Below, piece by piece: positions 12,401-24,400 of a stretch of 64,000 nt of DNA. Position 1 is the first letter of the stretch, and each line of letters opens with the position of its first letter. A model generated the notes under the pieces. It saw only the letters and a list, made by a program, of their open reading frames with translations, made no database searches and was not told where the DNA came from. Position numbers and translations under genes: made by a program. The stretch covers positions 95,400-159,399 of the forward strand of contig NMRA01000011.1 in the NCBI GenBank assembly GCA_002633005.1, read 5' to 3'. This stretch comes from Phoronis australis (taxonomy: Eukaryota; Animalia; Phoronida).

Positions 12401-15400
12401 ATGACAGTGGTTGCCAAACAAATTACAAGCTAACTGAAATTTCGGAGGAATTAAGAATTCAACAGCAATAGCAGTTTGAGCAGTAGTCATCTAAATACAT
12501 TAGACAACCCTGAACTTCAGCAAGGTAATAAGACAATGAAAGCAGAGCTGCCTAATTTCATTATGGCAAAAATACCTTAATTTGTAATGGGCTAATTTAA
12601 TTAGAAATCCTTGACATTTTGCAACTGGGTGTAATTTGGAATTCTACAAACTGACCGTCTTGGACTAAAAAAGTAACTCTGACTTAAATTCTGCATCCGA
12701 GACATGTTACTGTGGCAACAGTGCCACAGCATTACTGTTTTTTTTTGGCAAATTAAAGCACGCTAAACTTTGCCAGAGTTCAACAGAATACTGGCTGCTG
12801 AAAATCTCGCAGTTAATTTTGAAAACTATATACCTATAGTCTTGACATTTCTGAATCACAAAATTAGGTCCAAAAGCAGGCAAATAACACAGAGGTCATG
12901 AGTCACTGTTATCAACCGTCTCCTCACTACAAGTTCCTCCAGAACAATTTGCTGTAAAGCAAGTTGCCCTATAACAAGTTGCCCTGCCTTGATAGGACAA
13001 GATAAGTTGCTGCACATGTGTCAAAATGCTCCAGCACAAATAACATCCACACTGTTATCAAAGCATAGAAACAACTCGTTCTGAGAGTGGCTTATTGCCA
13101 GGGTGATTGTATTGAAAAAAGCACTGATAAAATAAAAAGGTTTTTAAGATTTTTCCTTGAGCATGAAAATTTGAAACAGTCTGCTTCAAGGTGAACTTTT
13201 TAAGATATTCTAACCTGCTATAAGTGGCTTCACAGTATGTGTCACGGGTTTGCCTTTGCCAATGGGTGCATTGACATAGTCTAAAAACTCTGCCTCTGGA
13301 TTACTTGAATAGAGATTGGCAGCTTTGCAAGTGTCAATCACTGAGCCACCTCCCACAGCTAAAAACGAATCAAACTTCCCAGCTTTGGCAAAATCAATCG
13401 CCTCTTTGAAACTAAAAGATAAAACAATACAGAAATAAACACAAACACGAAAAACAAAATAAAGAAAAGAGAGATTAAACTTTAAGTATTTTATTAATCT
13501 GTAAAACCATGAAAACTAACGAAAGTTCTTGGTAATGAATCATAATTATGTAATGAGTATTTTTGCATTAGACGGTGGATCTGCGTTCTTCGATACTGGA
13601 CCAATAGAAATGCATTCATGTGAAGTCTGTAGATTGTTTCTTCATGATCTTTAATGCTGGAATCCTCAACAACAGAGTTGATCCATCCATGCACCTCATA
13701 TAATTATCCAAAAGGTTTTAACTTACATTTTTACTTAAGTGCCAGTATACAGTGTAGAACAAGTCAGTATGAGCATGTGGATGGTGTGTATAATAATATA
13801 GAGTTTAATAAATACCCAAATAGCACAAAACTTCAATTTCCTGACATGTTTCGAGGTGCCGTCCTCATTCTCAAAGGTACACAAACCAGCATGATGTAAA
13901 TGTCAAGGTAACAAGTAAAGTGTCATGCAGATGTAAAACATGTTAAGCCAATAACACAAGAGCAATGCAGAACATTGAAATGTGCCCATGACGGCACTGC
14001 AAACGGAGTGCTTCTAAGGTGTTTTTAGTATCATAAAAATGGCCATTAGATGGCGCAGAAAGCATCAAGCCCAGCCATATCCAGAAGAAGGAGCCATCTC
14101 TGTAATACACATTCAACTATTTGCCGAATTTAACAAAAACAAGCCAAACAACTCCTAAGATTTAGAAATGAATGTAAAAAACAACACTAGAGACCACAAT
14201 TACTATAGTCTGATTGTTCAAAAATTACCATCACCTGTTGTCATGTTTATAGGAGCCAATCTGCCAAATTTTGCAATGATCTTTCAAAGGGTTAATGGCG
14301 AAGGTAACCTTTTTTCATGTCTTTTTTATCAAAAATAAGATTCGTTGGTTATACCAGACATATTTTCCACTTAATTACAGCTTTTCGTAATTTAATTAAT
14401 TATTCGTTTTCTATTCCAGAAGTGACGTTTCGGGAGGCAAGAATTTTTCGCAAATTTCTTTTCATATAGTGTGACTGTGAGAGGTTGAGTCAGTCATTGT
14501 TCTACCTTGGTTGTGATAAGTTGCTTACACCCCGTGTGACTCCCTCGCCACACACCTGGCACCTTCCAATACTTTAGACAAGTCCACAATAAGCTTTTCA
14601 AAGTTTGGCTCACCAATCTGTTGAACGACGAACTGTCCTCTTCACTGGGCCTGTATTCACTCCCACTACTCAACATTGCAGCAGGGCTGCTTGCAGGCAT
14701 TGGGCCATAATGAGTACAGACCGGTACGCAGCAACAGCGTGGCCTGTTGACTTACTCGTAAACAACGACCGAACTTATCACAACCGAGGTAGATCAATGA
14801 CTCTGAAAAGAAATTGACGCGAAATTCTTGCCTCTCAAAACGTCATTTCCGGAGTAGAGAACGAATAATTAATTAAATTACGAAAAGCTATATAATTCAG
14901 TGGAAAATTTGTCTGGGATAACCAACGAACCTTATTTTTTTCTAAAAATGACATGAAAAAATGTTGCCTTCGTCTTTAAGAACACACAGCCGTGGACGCA
15001 AAAAAGCAAAATTGCCCATAGGATTGCTAGAATAGACAAAAACATCCCGAAACAACGATAGAAGGGTTTTTGCATCAGGAACACACTCCTCAATTTTCAT
15101 AATGATCCTTAAAGTGGTTTGGCAGATAGTGAGGCAGACATGAAAAACGTAATTTTTAAATGGCCACCAGGTAGCGGAGAAAACATCAAGTCTGTAAATG
15201 GGAAGACCTTGTCATCTCCTGAATAGAAACTTGTTTGCCGAATTTCACGAATGTACTTTCAATATTCATGATATCTGAAGATACAGATTTGTAAACTTTA
15301 AGGTAAACCAACATTTTGCTCCTAAGGCACGGTGGTATTTGTATCAGTTTGACACTTGTTAGCGTTTGTTCTCGGCTCTGTAGGAACACATCTTTCAAAT

Positions 15401-18400
15401 CTCACAAAGCTCCTTTAAAGGGTCGAGATTCAGCTGCAGACGCAAAAAACAAAATAGCCACTAGGGGGAGATACGGTAGTCAGACCCGTCTGAAGGTCAA
15501 CGTCAGCTTGGCCTTCTCATCAGGAACACGTCTGCAAATTTTCATACTAAAACTTTAAGCGGTATGGCAGATAGGAAGGCAGACGGCGGAAAACCGATGC
15601 AAAGATAACGGTGGCGCAGAAAACATCAAATCTGTCTGAAAATGAGAAGGCCTTGTTGTCTCCTTATTTGAAACTTATTTACCAAATTTTGAGAAATTAT
15701 AATTATATGAGCTCCGAAGACAAAGGGGCCAACCTAAAAAAACATGTTGCCACAAGAGAGCACAGAGGTATTTGGATCAGATCAAAGTCATTGCCATTTC
15801 TCGACGGCTCCACATCAATGCTTCTTTCAAATTTAACGAAGCTCCTTCAAAGGGTTAAGGAGATTCAGGCGCAGAAGCAAGTAAAAAACAAAACTGCCAC
15901 TAAGGAGTGACACTGACAGTAGTTGGACTTGATCAAAGTCAATGACGGTCGTGACCTTCTCATCAGGAACATATCTGTAAATTTTCAGAATTATATGGTC
16001 CTTTGACCGGTATGTCAGATAGAGAGATGGATGCCACAAAACGGATGCTAAAGTAACAAAAAAGGCCACAAGGTGACTTAAAACATGTGGAGTCCGTATG
16101 AAAATGGAATGGCACCATCACAAAAACTTATTTGCCGAATTTCCCGAAAATCCATCAAAGAACTCAAAAGATACATACTAGGCAAACATAAAATACTTAA
16201 ACTGCCACTACGGGGCACAGCAGTATTCAGATCAGTCTGAAACTCATCTTCATCTGTCATCAGCCACAGAGGAACACACCTACCACACTTCAGTCAAATT
16301 AGGCAAGGGGTTTAGGAGATACAGCTGTGGACGGCAGATGGCCAGAAAGAGATGACGACAATATGCAGCCACAAGTAAATATGTGGGAGCATAACAAGGG
16401 TAAACAAGCCTCTAGTGTAGACAATAACTTAAAACGAATGTGAGACCAAGGTGGTGCACTTGCACATTCAGGGATGGTTTTATACAATGAATATACAAGG
16501 ACTCCTTCAGTCTGTTCTCACACTGTACAACATACTACAATTGGTCATGGAGTACTCTGCAGTATCGTGGAGACGTTTGTAGGCATCAGAACCTCTGATA
16601 GACACCTTGAATCATCTCAGGAAAATGAATGAACTACACGTATTTGGCTATTTATTAAATGTTGATCGTGCTTCTGCTGAACAGGTGTATAAAGCTGATT
16701 TGAAAACTATAAGCACCTTAAACTGCTTCAAACTGGAATTCTTTGCACACGGTGCAAGAAGCAAACTTTTAAGTTTGATCGTAAAATTCCTAAAAACCTG
16801 TCCCTTACTCCAATGAGAACTGATTTCTGGGCTTACGAAGAAGTAATCCATTGATACCATGCTTGCCGCATAAAATGACATGCCATGGCAAGCCAGTTTA
16901 AACAGCCTGGTCTCAAACACTAATGAAACGGCAGTTTTTTTGAAGTCCTGAAATCAATATGTCTACGCAACAATAAGAGACCATGTTCATAGTGGTAAGT
17001 GGTCTAAATTAAAAGTTATTTTTGTAACGAAAGGCTGATAAACAGATGCTTCAATCAATGGGTTCCATTTCACATGATTTTCAGTTATTGTTAGATCTTA
17101 ACTACAAACAGTTTGCATACACTTTAAGGTGCATTCAGTTGGATACAAATCGGATGTTGATAGTGCAGGCGAAACAAGAAGGAACTGCAGTCAACAGCCA
17201 AACATGCAGTGGCAAAATTCTAAGCGTATCCAGCTTCAGTAAACCTGCTATCTGTAGGCTCAACCCTCGTGTTGTCAAACACTTGGAAGTTGACGCCGTG
17301 TTTCGTCAGTGAGTCAACGACGGTCTTCATGGGGGGTAAGGCGGCGATGTTTTTGTCGGTCATTACACACACATTTTTCATGCCCATGTTCATGAAATCC
17401 TGCACATAGAAAATTGAAAGGTGAGACAATCAATCACTTAAGTTTCAACTCAAGGATGTAAACCAACTGAAACGAAAGGAACGCATATAATTAACACGTA
17501 ACAACCACGAGAAGACTACTATTATTACTTACTTTTATGAATTTCTGCAAGGCCACAAAAGTATACTAGTTGGTCTAGGTCTCTGTTTTGTGTTTGAAAA
17601 TTGGATCAATAAAGCAGCATTTTTTAATTTTGCACATTTTCACAAAAATACAATCCACCCCAGATGAGTACAAATTATGCGGTATTTGGCAAGTGGTGGC
17701 ACTTCAAATCTTGATTACCCTCGCTAAACGTTTGTGCAGTTTTTCCAAAAAAAAACATCAAACCTTTTGGTGAAATTAAACGTGGGAGAGCTTTTCTTTG
17801 TTTTTGATACACAATGAGCATGGATCGCCAAATGAGTTGCAAAAAACCAACTAAGCTTTCTGACTTATTCAATGAGTTTGTTTTTTACTAACACCTGTAA
17901 TATTAAGATTTGTCTCAACTTCAAACTTTGAGACGTCCACATCTGGCAAGTTATTCAAAATTAATACAAAACTTAAAATCTCTTTCTTGAAACGTACTTG
18001 ACACGAATTTATGTTTTATCTTAAAAGTGACTGAAATTTTAGATTTGTCTTAGCTAAGTCACTGAGTTTTCTTGGAAGGGCACCCGGATTACGTAATGGT
18101 CAATCTTTGAATGGGCACTCCCAATTCCAGACATCCTCCATTTCCCTCAGTCTCTTCATTTCAGGACACCAAAATTTGGGACCAAGATTCTGAATATTGA
18201 CTCAAGGGTGATTTTGGGTTTCATCACATTTCTCTAAAATATCTGACAGTGTGTGCCGTATCAACAGTCTGAAAATAAACTTGGCGCTTCACGAAATTGT
18301 CAAACATAAATGGCTGACGCAATGTTTTCAACCATCCGCATAGTGTGCAACATTGTGTAGAATGATCGTTTGTTGAATGATCATAATTCTTCGATTTGGC

Positions 18401-21400
18401 CAATACTATCTAAAATTTCGTACAAGCTCTTAGCTTGTGAAAAATAATAAATTCTATCTGCTAAAGACTGGAAAACGTTTATATGTAGTGTGACTATTAT
18501 TTCAGAACACACACAGTGTGTAATATTTAAACGGCAGGTCTTACATAAGTCTAGAGAAATGAAGAAATAGTTCGATCCGGTACACACTATACTTCAACAA
18601 ATTTCTAATATATTATGGTTTTGTATGCATCAGAACTCAGAGGTAATTACTGTAATTGGAGCAGGACAATTAAACTAACTGTCACCATTTCGCTTCATGA
18701 CAGTTTGAATTACCAGAATGAAAGGCCATTAAAAGCACACACAGTTCCACTTATTGCATGCCACAAGGGGAGTGACTGAACTCAGAATGGACAAATTATT
18801 TTAATTACCGAATGACAGTGTAGAACTGAAGAACGCTCAGTGTCAAATCTGGCCTTTGAATGGTGCAATAGCAAAACAATGCTGGAACTGCACAGTTACA
18901 GATTAACCATTTAAATCAAATAGTTTTGCATGAATCTGTTGAGGTTTTAGGAATTTCCATATGCAAAATCAAAACTTGAGGATGCAGCATTAGCTGTTCG
19001 AGAATCACAGGAGATCTATGACATCCTCCCCATAATAGGGTATCTTTAGAATGTGCTCACACTTCAAACGAGACTAACTGTGACTTAGCAGTGTTTATTG
19101 ACTTCAAAGTGCTTATAACCCCCATTTACCTAGTTTTGGCAAGTGACTAATTGTAAGCATCATTAAATTCCTTTATAGCAATGCATATCACAACCGTGAA
19201 TTCAATATCCTAAAAATCAGGATATACAAGAACATAAATCAATTGAAAGTTTCTTAGCTCCACGAAAACGGCACCAATTAATGCGTGATTTCCACTAACA
19301 CGCGAGTTTCTTGTACATGTATTAACATGTGCCATAGATGTGCTTCTCTGACGTCTCACAGGAAAGTGAGAAGAGCCACGGCGTGCTCAAATACTAACTT
19401 GTCACAGGCACAAAAATATATTAAGCTATAAAGTATTGGAAAACAAGCAGCAATATCTGAACTTCCGCGCTAAACATAATCATGGAGGATGACTACTGGT
19501 GATTGGTTGCCCCGATTCTACGTAGCCTGTATCGACCAATAAATGCTCATAATTAAAATTATCATATGTGTAAAGTTTGTGGGTGTTCTCATTTGACAGA
19601 AGATCGACTGGTGGGGTTGTGTTTTGATACCTTTGATATGAAATTGGTGTTTTTTAAAAAGCACAAGCAACGAGACGACAGGTTTAAACTCATTAAAAAG
19701 GTAATCAAAAAAGACTAGTCATTAAAAAAATGAATCGTTTATTAACTAGAAAAGAAACAAGCTTAATTGAGCTTGTAGTAGTATTATGCAAGTCATTTAT
19801 TTACTGCGATTCCTGTGCATATTAAAATCATAAAGAGGTAATCAAAAAAGAATAGTCATTAAAAAAATGAATCGTTTATTAACTAGAAAAGAAACAAGCT
19901 TAATTGAGCTTGTAGTAATATTATGCAAGTCATTTATTTACTGCGATTCCTGTACATATTAAAATCACAAAGAGGTAATCAAAAAAAGAATAGTCATTAA
20001 AAAATGAATCGTTTATTAACTAGAAAAGAAACAAGATTAATTGAGCTTGTAGTAGTATTATGCGAGTCATTTATTTACCGCGATTCCTGTGCATATTAAA
20101 ATCATAAAGAGGTAATCAAAAAAAGAATAGTCATTAAAAAAATGAATTGTTTATTAACTAGAAAGGAAACAAGCTTAATTGAGCTTGTAGTAGTATTATG
20201 CAAGCCATTTATTTACTGCGATTCCTGTGCATATTAAAATCATAAAGAGGTAATCAAAAAAGAATAGTCATTAAAAAAATGAATTGTTTATTAACTAGAA
20301 AAGAAACAAGCTTAATTGAACTTGTAGTAGTATTATGNNNNNNNNNNNNNNNNNNNNNNNNNNNNNNNNNNNNNNNNNNNNNNNNNNNNNNNNNNNNNNN
20401 NNNNNNNNNNNNNNNNNNNNNNNNNNNNNNNNNNNNNNNNNNNNNNNNNNNNNNNNNNNNNNNNNNNNNNNNNNNNNNNNNNNNNNNNNNNNNNNNNNNN
20501 NNNNNNNNNNNNNNNNNNNNNNNNNNNNNNNNNNNNNNNNNNNNNNNNNNNNNNNNNNNNNNNNNNNNNNNNNNNNNNNNNNNNNNNNNNNNNNNNNNNN
20601 NNNNNNNNNNNNNNNNNNNNNNNNNNNNNNNNNNNNNNNNNNNNNNNNNNNNNNNNNNNNNNNNNNNNNNNNNNNNNNNNNNNNNNNNNNNNNNNNNNNN
20701 NNNNNNNNNNNNNNNNNNNNNNNNNNNNNNNNNNNNNNNNNNNNNNNNNNNNNNNNNNNNNNNNNNNNNNNNNNNNNNNNNNNNNNNNNNNNNNNNNNNN
20801 NNNNNNNNNNNNNNNNNNNNNNNNNNNNNNNNNNNNNNNNNNNNNNNNNNNNNNNNNNNNNNNNNNNNNNNNNNNNNNNNNNNNNNNNNNNNNNNNNNNN
20901 NNNNNNNNNNNNNNNNNNNNNNNNNNNNNNNNNNNNNNNNNNCCACTAACTACAAACTATAAATACACTACATATGCAAACGAATCACGATATATTACTA
21001 ATAAAACAAAATAATGAAGACTTTTCGAGCAAGCCATAGCACATTCAGTTACAAGGAAAAAATGGCGGCGTTCAGGACAAGTTCCTGAACTGAGGAGCCG
21101 GAAATGTGGGTACGGAAATAACCGATGACAACCGGTAATCATACGCTCAGAGAGAAGGGTCAAATACTGTTACAAAATCGCTTTTGGCAAGAAAGGCGAA
21201 AAGAATATAAAGAAAGGGTGTCGAAAATCGGATACTGGAACCACATGGGCAGTTTGCAACAAGGACTTTAAAAAAATGAGTTGTTTATTAACTAGAAAAG
21301 AAACGAGCTTAATTGAGCTTGTAGTAGTATCATGCGTATAGAGAGAATGGGACAGCTCAGGCATCTACCTCCAGAGTAAGGTGTAACCATACAGTAGGCC

Positions 21401-24400
21401 CAGACAAAGAGTCTGATCCGTGGCAACTGAATTTGAACTTCCAGCATAGTACGGAAGTAAGAGTACATTTTTGGGACGCCTTGTACATCTATTTCGTGGT
21501 CTCCGTTAAATTTCATAAGTAAATTGTCTAATTTGAAGTAAGATCTAAAAGATGAAAAACAATTGTTGACACAACTATTCAGCATACAAACAAAGGTACA
21601 ACGAAGATCTCTCAAGCAGAAAAGTTCTAGGTGAACAATCCAAAAAAGAAGCTACCAGCACAGGGTGGAGAATAATCAGATCTAATCAAAACTTGGAAGC
21701 TGCTGCCCTCTACCTAATGCCCTTTAAATTCCCTCAAAGTTGTCAGTGGTCCTCATCTATCTAATGCTCTTGAAACTGTCTTGAAAGACTTACCATGCCG
21801 ACCTCTTGCGTCACACCTTCACCATATCGAATATTAGAGCATGCCATCTACAAATGAGATCGAAATCCACTAATTAAACGTCATCAAAATGATGTCAAAA
21901 AGTGGCATAAAGCAATTCCGAAATTTGCATCTACCTGACTACTTGAGCACACAATGACAGTTATCTTGATAGACTATACAGCATTCTCTGTTCAATTACA
22001 ATAAACTACATATTTGAAATAATCACCATTACCATTATCTACTCCTCCGTCTACTCCTCAACAGGCTTTGACAAGGACGTAAATGTCAACAAACTGCAGT
22101 TACCCCCTCCAAGATAATAACCACCACAGAAGCTATCTTTGGGGAACTTTCAGATGTTACCACATAGGCACCAAACACATCCTTTGGAGAAAACTAAACA
22201 ATGCTTCATTAAGCATAAAGTATTCAGGCACAGCTTTTAATGGAGAAAGCAATTTTTTATATCGCCTAATTTACTAAAGTTCAAATCCCCCAGTAATTTC
22301 AGAGAGACATCTTTCAGCCCGTTGTCATTTGCCACAATGGAAATATGACGTAAATGAAACAGCACAAGACCCACATCTTGCTTAGAATGGTGAATTTACT
22401 TCCATTGAGCGAGCACATTGGAAAAGCATCAAGCATCAGTTCCCAGTGCCGTTAAAGTACCGAATGCCGAAATGAAAAATATAAATGGTGACACAGCGTG
22501 AAGTGCTGCTGCCTGACCTATATTTTGACAGTTGAAGGTGTTGACAATATGATATTTTTATGCTTTAGTATTTAGTCAACAATGACACGAAACAAAGCCT
22601 GCAAACACAATTTGGTAAAGACCGCCCTCGACTTTTGTTAACAATGTGGTCTAAAGGTTAGTTATTATGCTTGGAAGACAAAAACTAAATTCATAAATCA
22701 TAAACAATAAAATTTCATTGAGTGCCAATTTTTAGAATGTTTATTAATTCGATATATATAAATACATATGAATATATCAATCATAAGATTAGTTAACACA
22801 ACAAAAAATCCAACTGAGGATATAACACATGACTGCTGCTAACTCAGGAAGCTGAAAATGCTGGTAAATGACCAAAGTTGAAAGTAACGTTTGCAGTGCA
22901 TTTTACTTCCTTTACATGAACAACCGACCGGTAAAGTTTTTTTGTACTTGGTAGTGAGAGCTACACTCTAGCAAAACAGACCTAAAATAAATTACGTAAA
23001 ACATCAAAAAACAAACATCAGAACACCAACTCTGATTTAAAACAGTTGTATTGAATAGGCCAAGTTCTTAAAATTCTTTTAGCACAGACCACATTCCTCC
23101 GGTCTGAGGTTTTGGTGGCCATAAGTAATCAGCATCGGTATTGAATGAGTACCGGTATTTGGCAATGCTGGAACCGGAACGACTTTCAAAAACTGGTACC
23201 CAATTTAATGTGAACACAGTAGACTGACTTTTATTAGGCCACTACCATCTCTCCTGTCTATAGTTTGCAAAAGTAAAAACGATTTTTGGTTAACCCGGAT
23301 AAAAAACTCCTCAAGAAACCATAATTATATTTTTAGTACAGTAACATCCAAAACATTACATCTGCAGCAGTAATCCCACCAACTGAAGAACTCGACACTG
23401 ATCTCACCTCAAAAGCATACTCCTTGGATTCTGGGCCGGAGTTGGCTGAGCTGGCATGTCCGTGTTTACCTAGAATGGATGGAAATGACAGTCATATTGA
23501 AGCATCTTCCAACGCCAACTTAAAACAAACACTTCAGTCGGAGACTGCAGGGGTGGAACATCCGCAAAGCGATTACCACATGGATATTCCGCATTAAATA
23601 GTGCCGAAGTTATCCGAAGGCCCTGACGGGAATGGAAATGCCTGCAATATTCGCTTCCACATTTAGGCGATCGGTTTCCCAACAGTTCAATGCGAGGATG
23701 TTCTTGTATTGCTTTCCCACTCCATCCATTCCGTTCGAGAAAACTGGCACAATCATCAATAGGAGAACACGTTGTGAAGATGTACAATTTTGAGTAACTT
23801 ACTTGTAGCTCTACAAAAAGCTTTTTCATGGCTTCTAGAAAATAATCATGAAAACCAAGCTTTTGTTTATGGGTGATGGTTTCATTGGGTGACATTCAAG
23901 AACCAACCTGAACCACAGACATGCTGACCAACAGAGGTTGCTCTTGTGAATCCTTGAGAGTGAGCAGGACACCTGCATCTGTGGAAAAAGTAAAAACTAT
24001 GGTTACTTTTCACTTTCAGACAGTATCCAAACTTTAGTGTGCACTGAAATTCAAGCCAAAATTGAACTTTATTGATTCAGTCGTGGGTAATTTTGAAGTT
24101 CAACCTTTTTTGTCAAATTTCATACACTGCATTTTCTTTGAACAAAATCTAAGAAAAAAATCATTGAAAATAGCAGTCAATGCAAAATTTGTCTTCCTTG
24201 TTATTTGCGAATTTGAGACAGCTAATATTGCCTATTTTTAAAACGTGGTACAACCTCCGGCCTCAAGCAAAACAAATAATCTTCATTGTCCCTAACTGGA
24301 TCACGTTTACTGTAATAAGGGTCCCTTTTTAAGGGACCTTTCACAATGATAATTGCTCACACAAATGTACAAAACGTGTGCTCTAAGGTAGAGATGGAGG

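Noticed and set aside
12706-12719. X-box-like GTTACTGTGGCAAC in intron 6
   Set aside because: Isolated motif deep in an intron with no promoter features.
6810-16920. Two ORFs sharing KL.CHG.SFY, superficially like ADHFE1 CHGMSY
   Set aside because: They are copies of a non-coding interspersed repeat, not duplicated exons.
19695-20337. CRISPR-like regular array
   Set aside because: Whole units are near-identical with no unique spacers, and the context is a eukaryotic intron: it is a satellite.
20254-20962. ORFs of 204-230 aa composed of X
   Set aside because: Artefacts of the 605-N gap.
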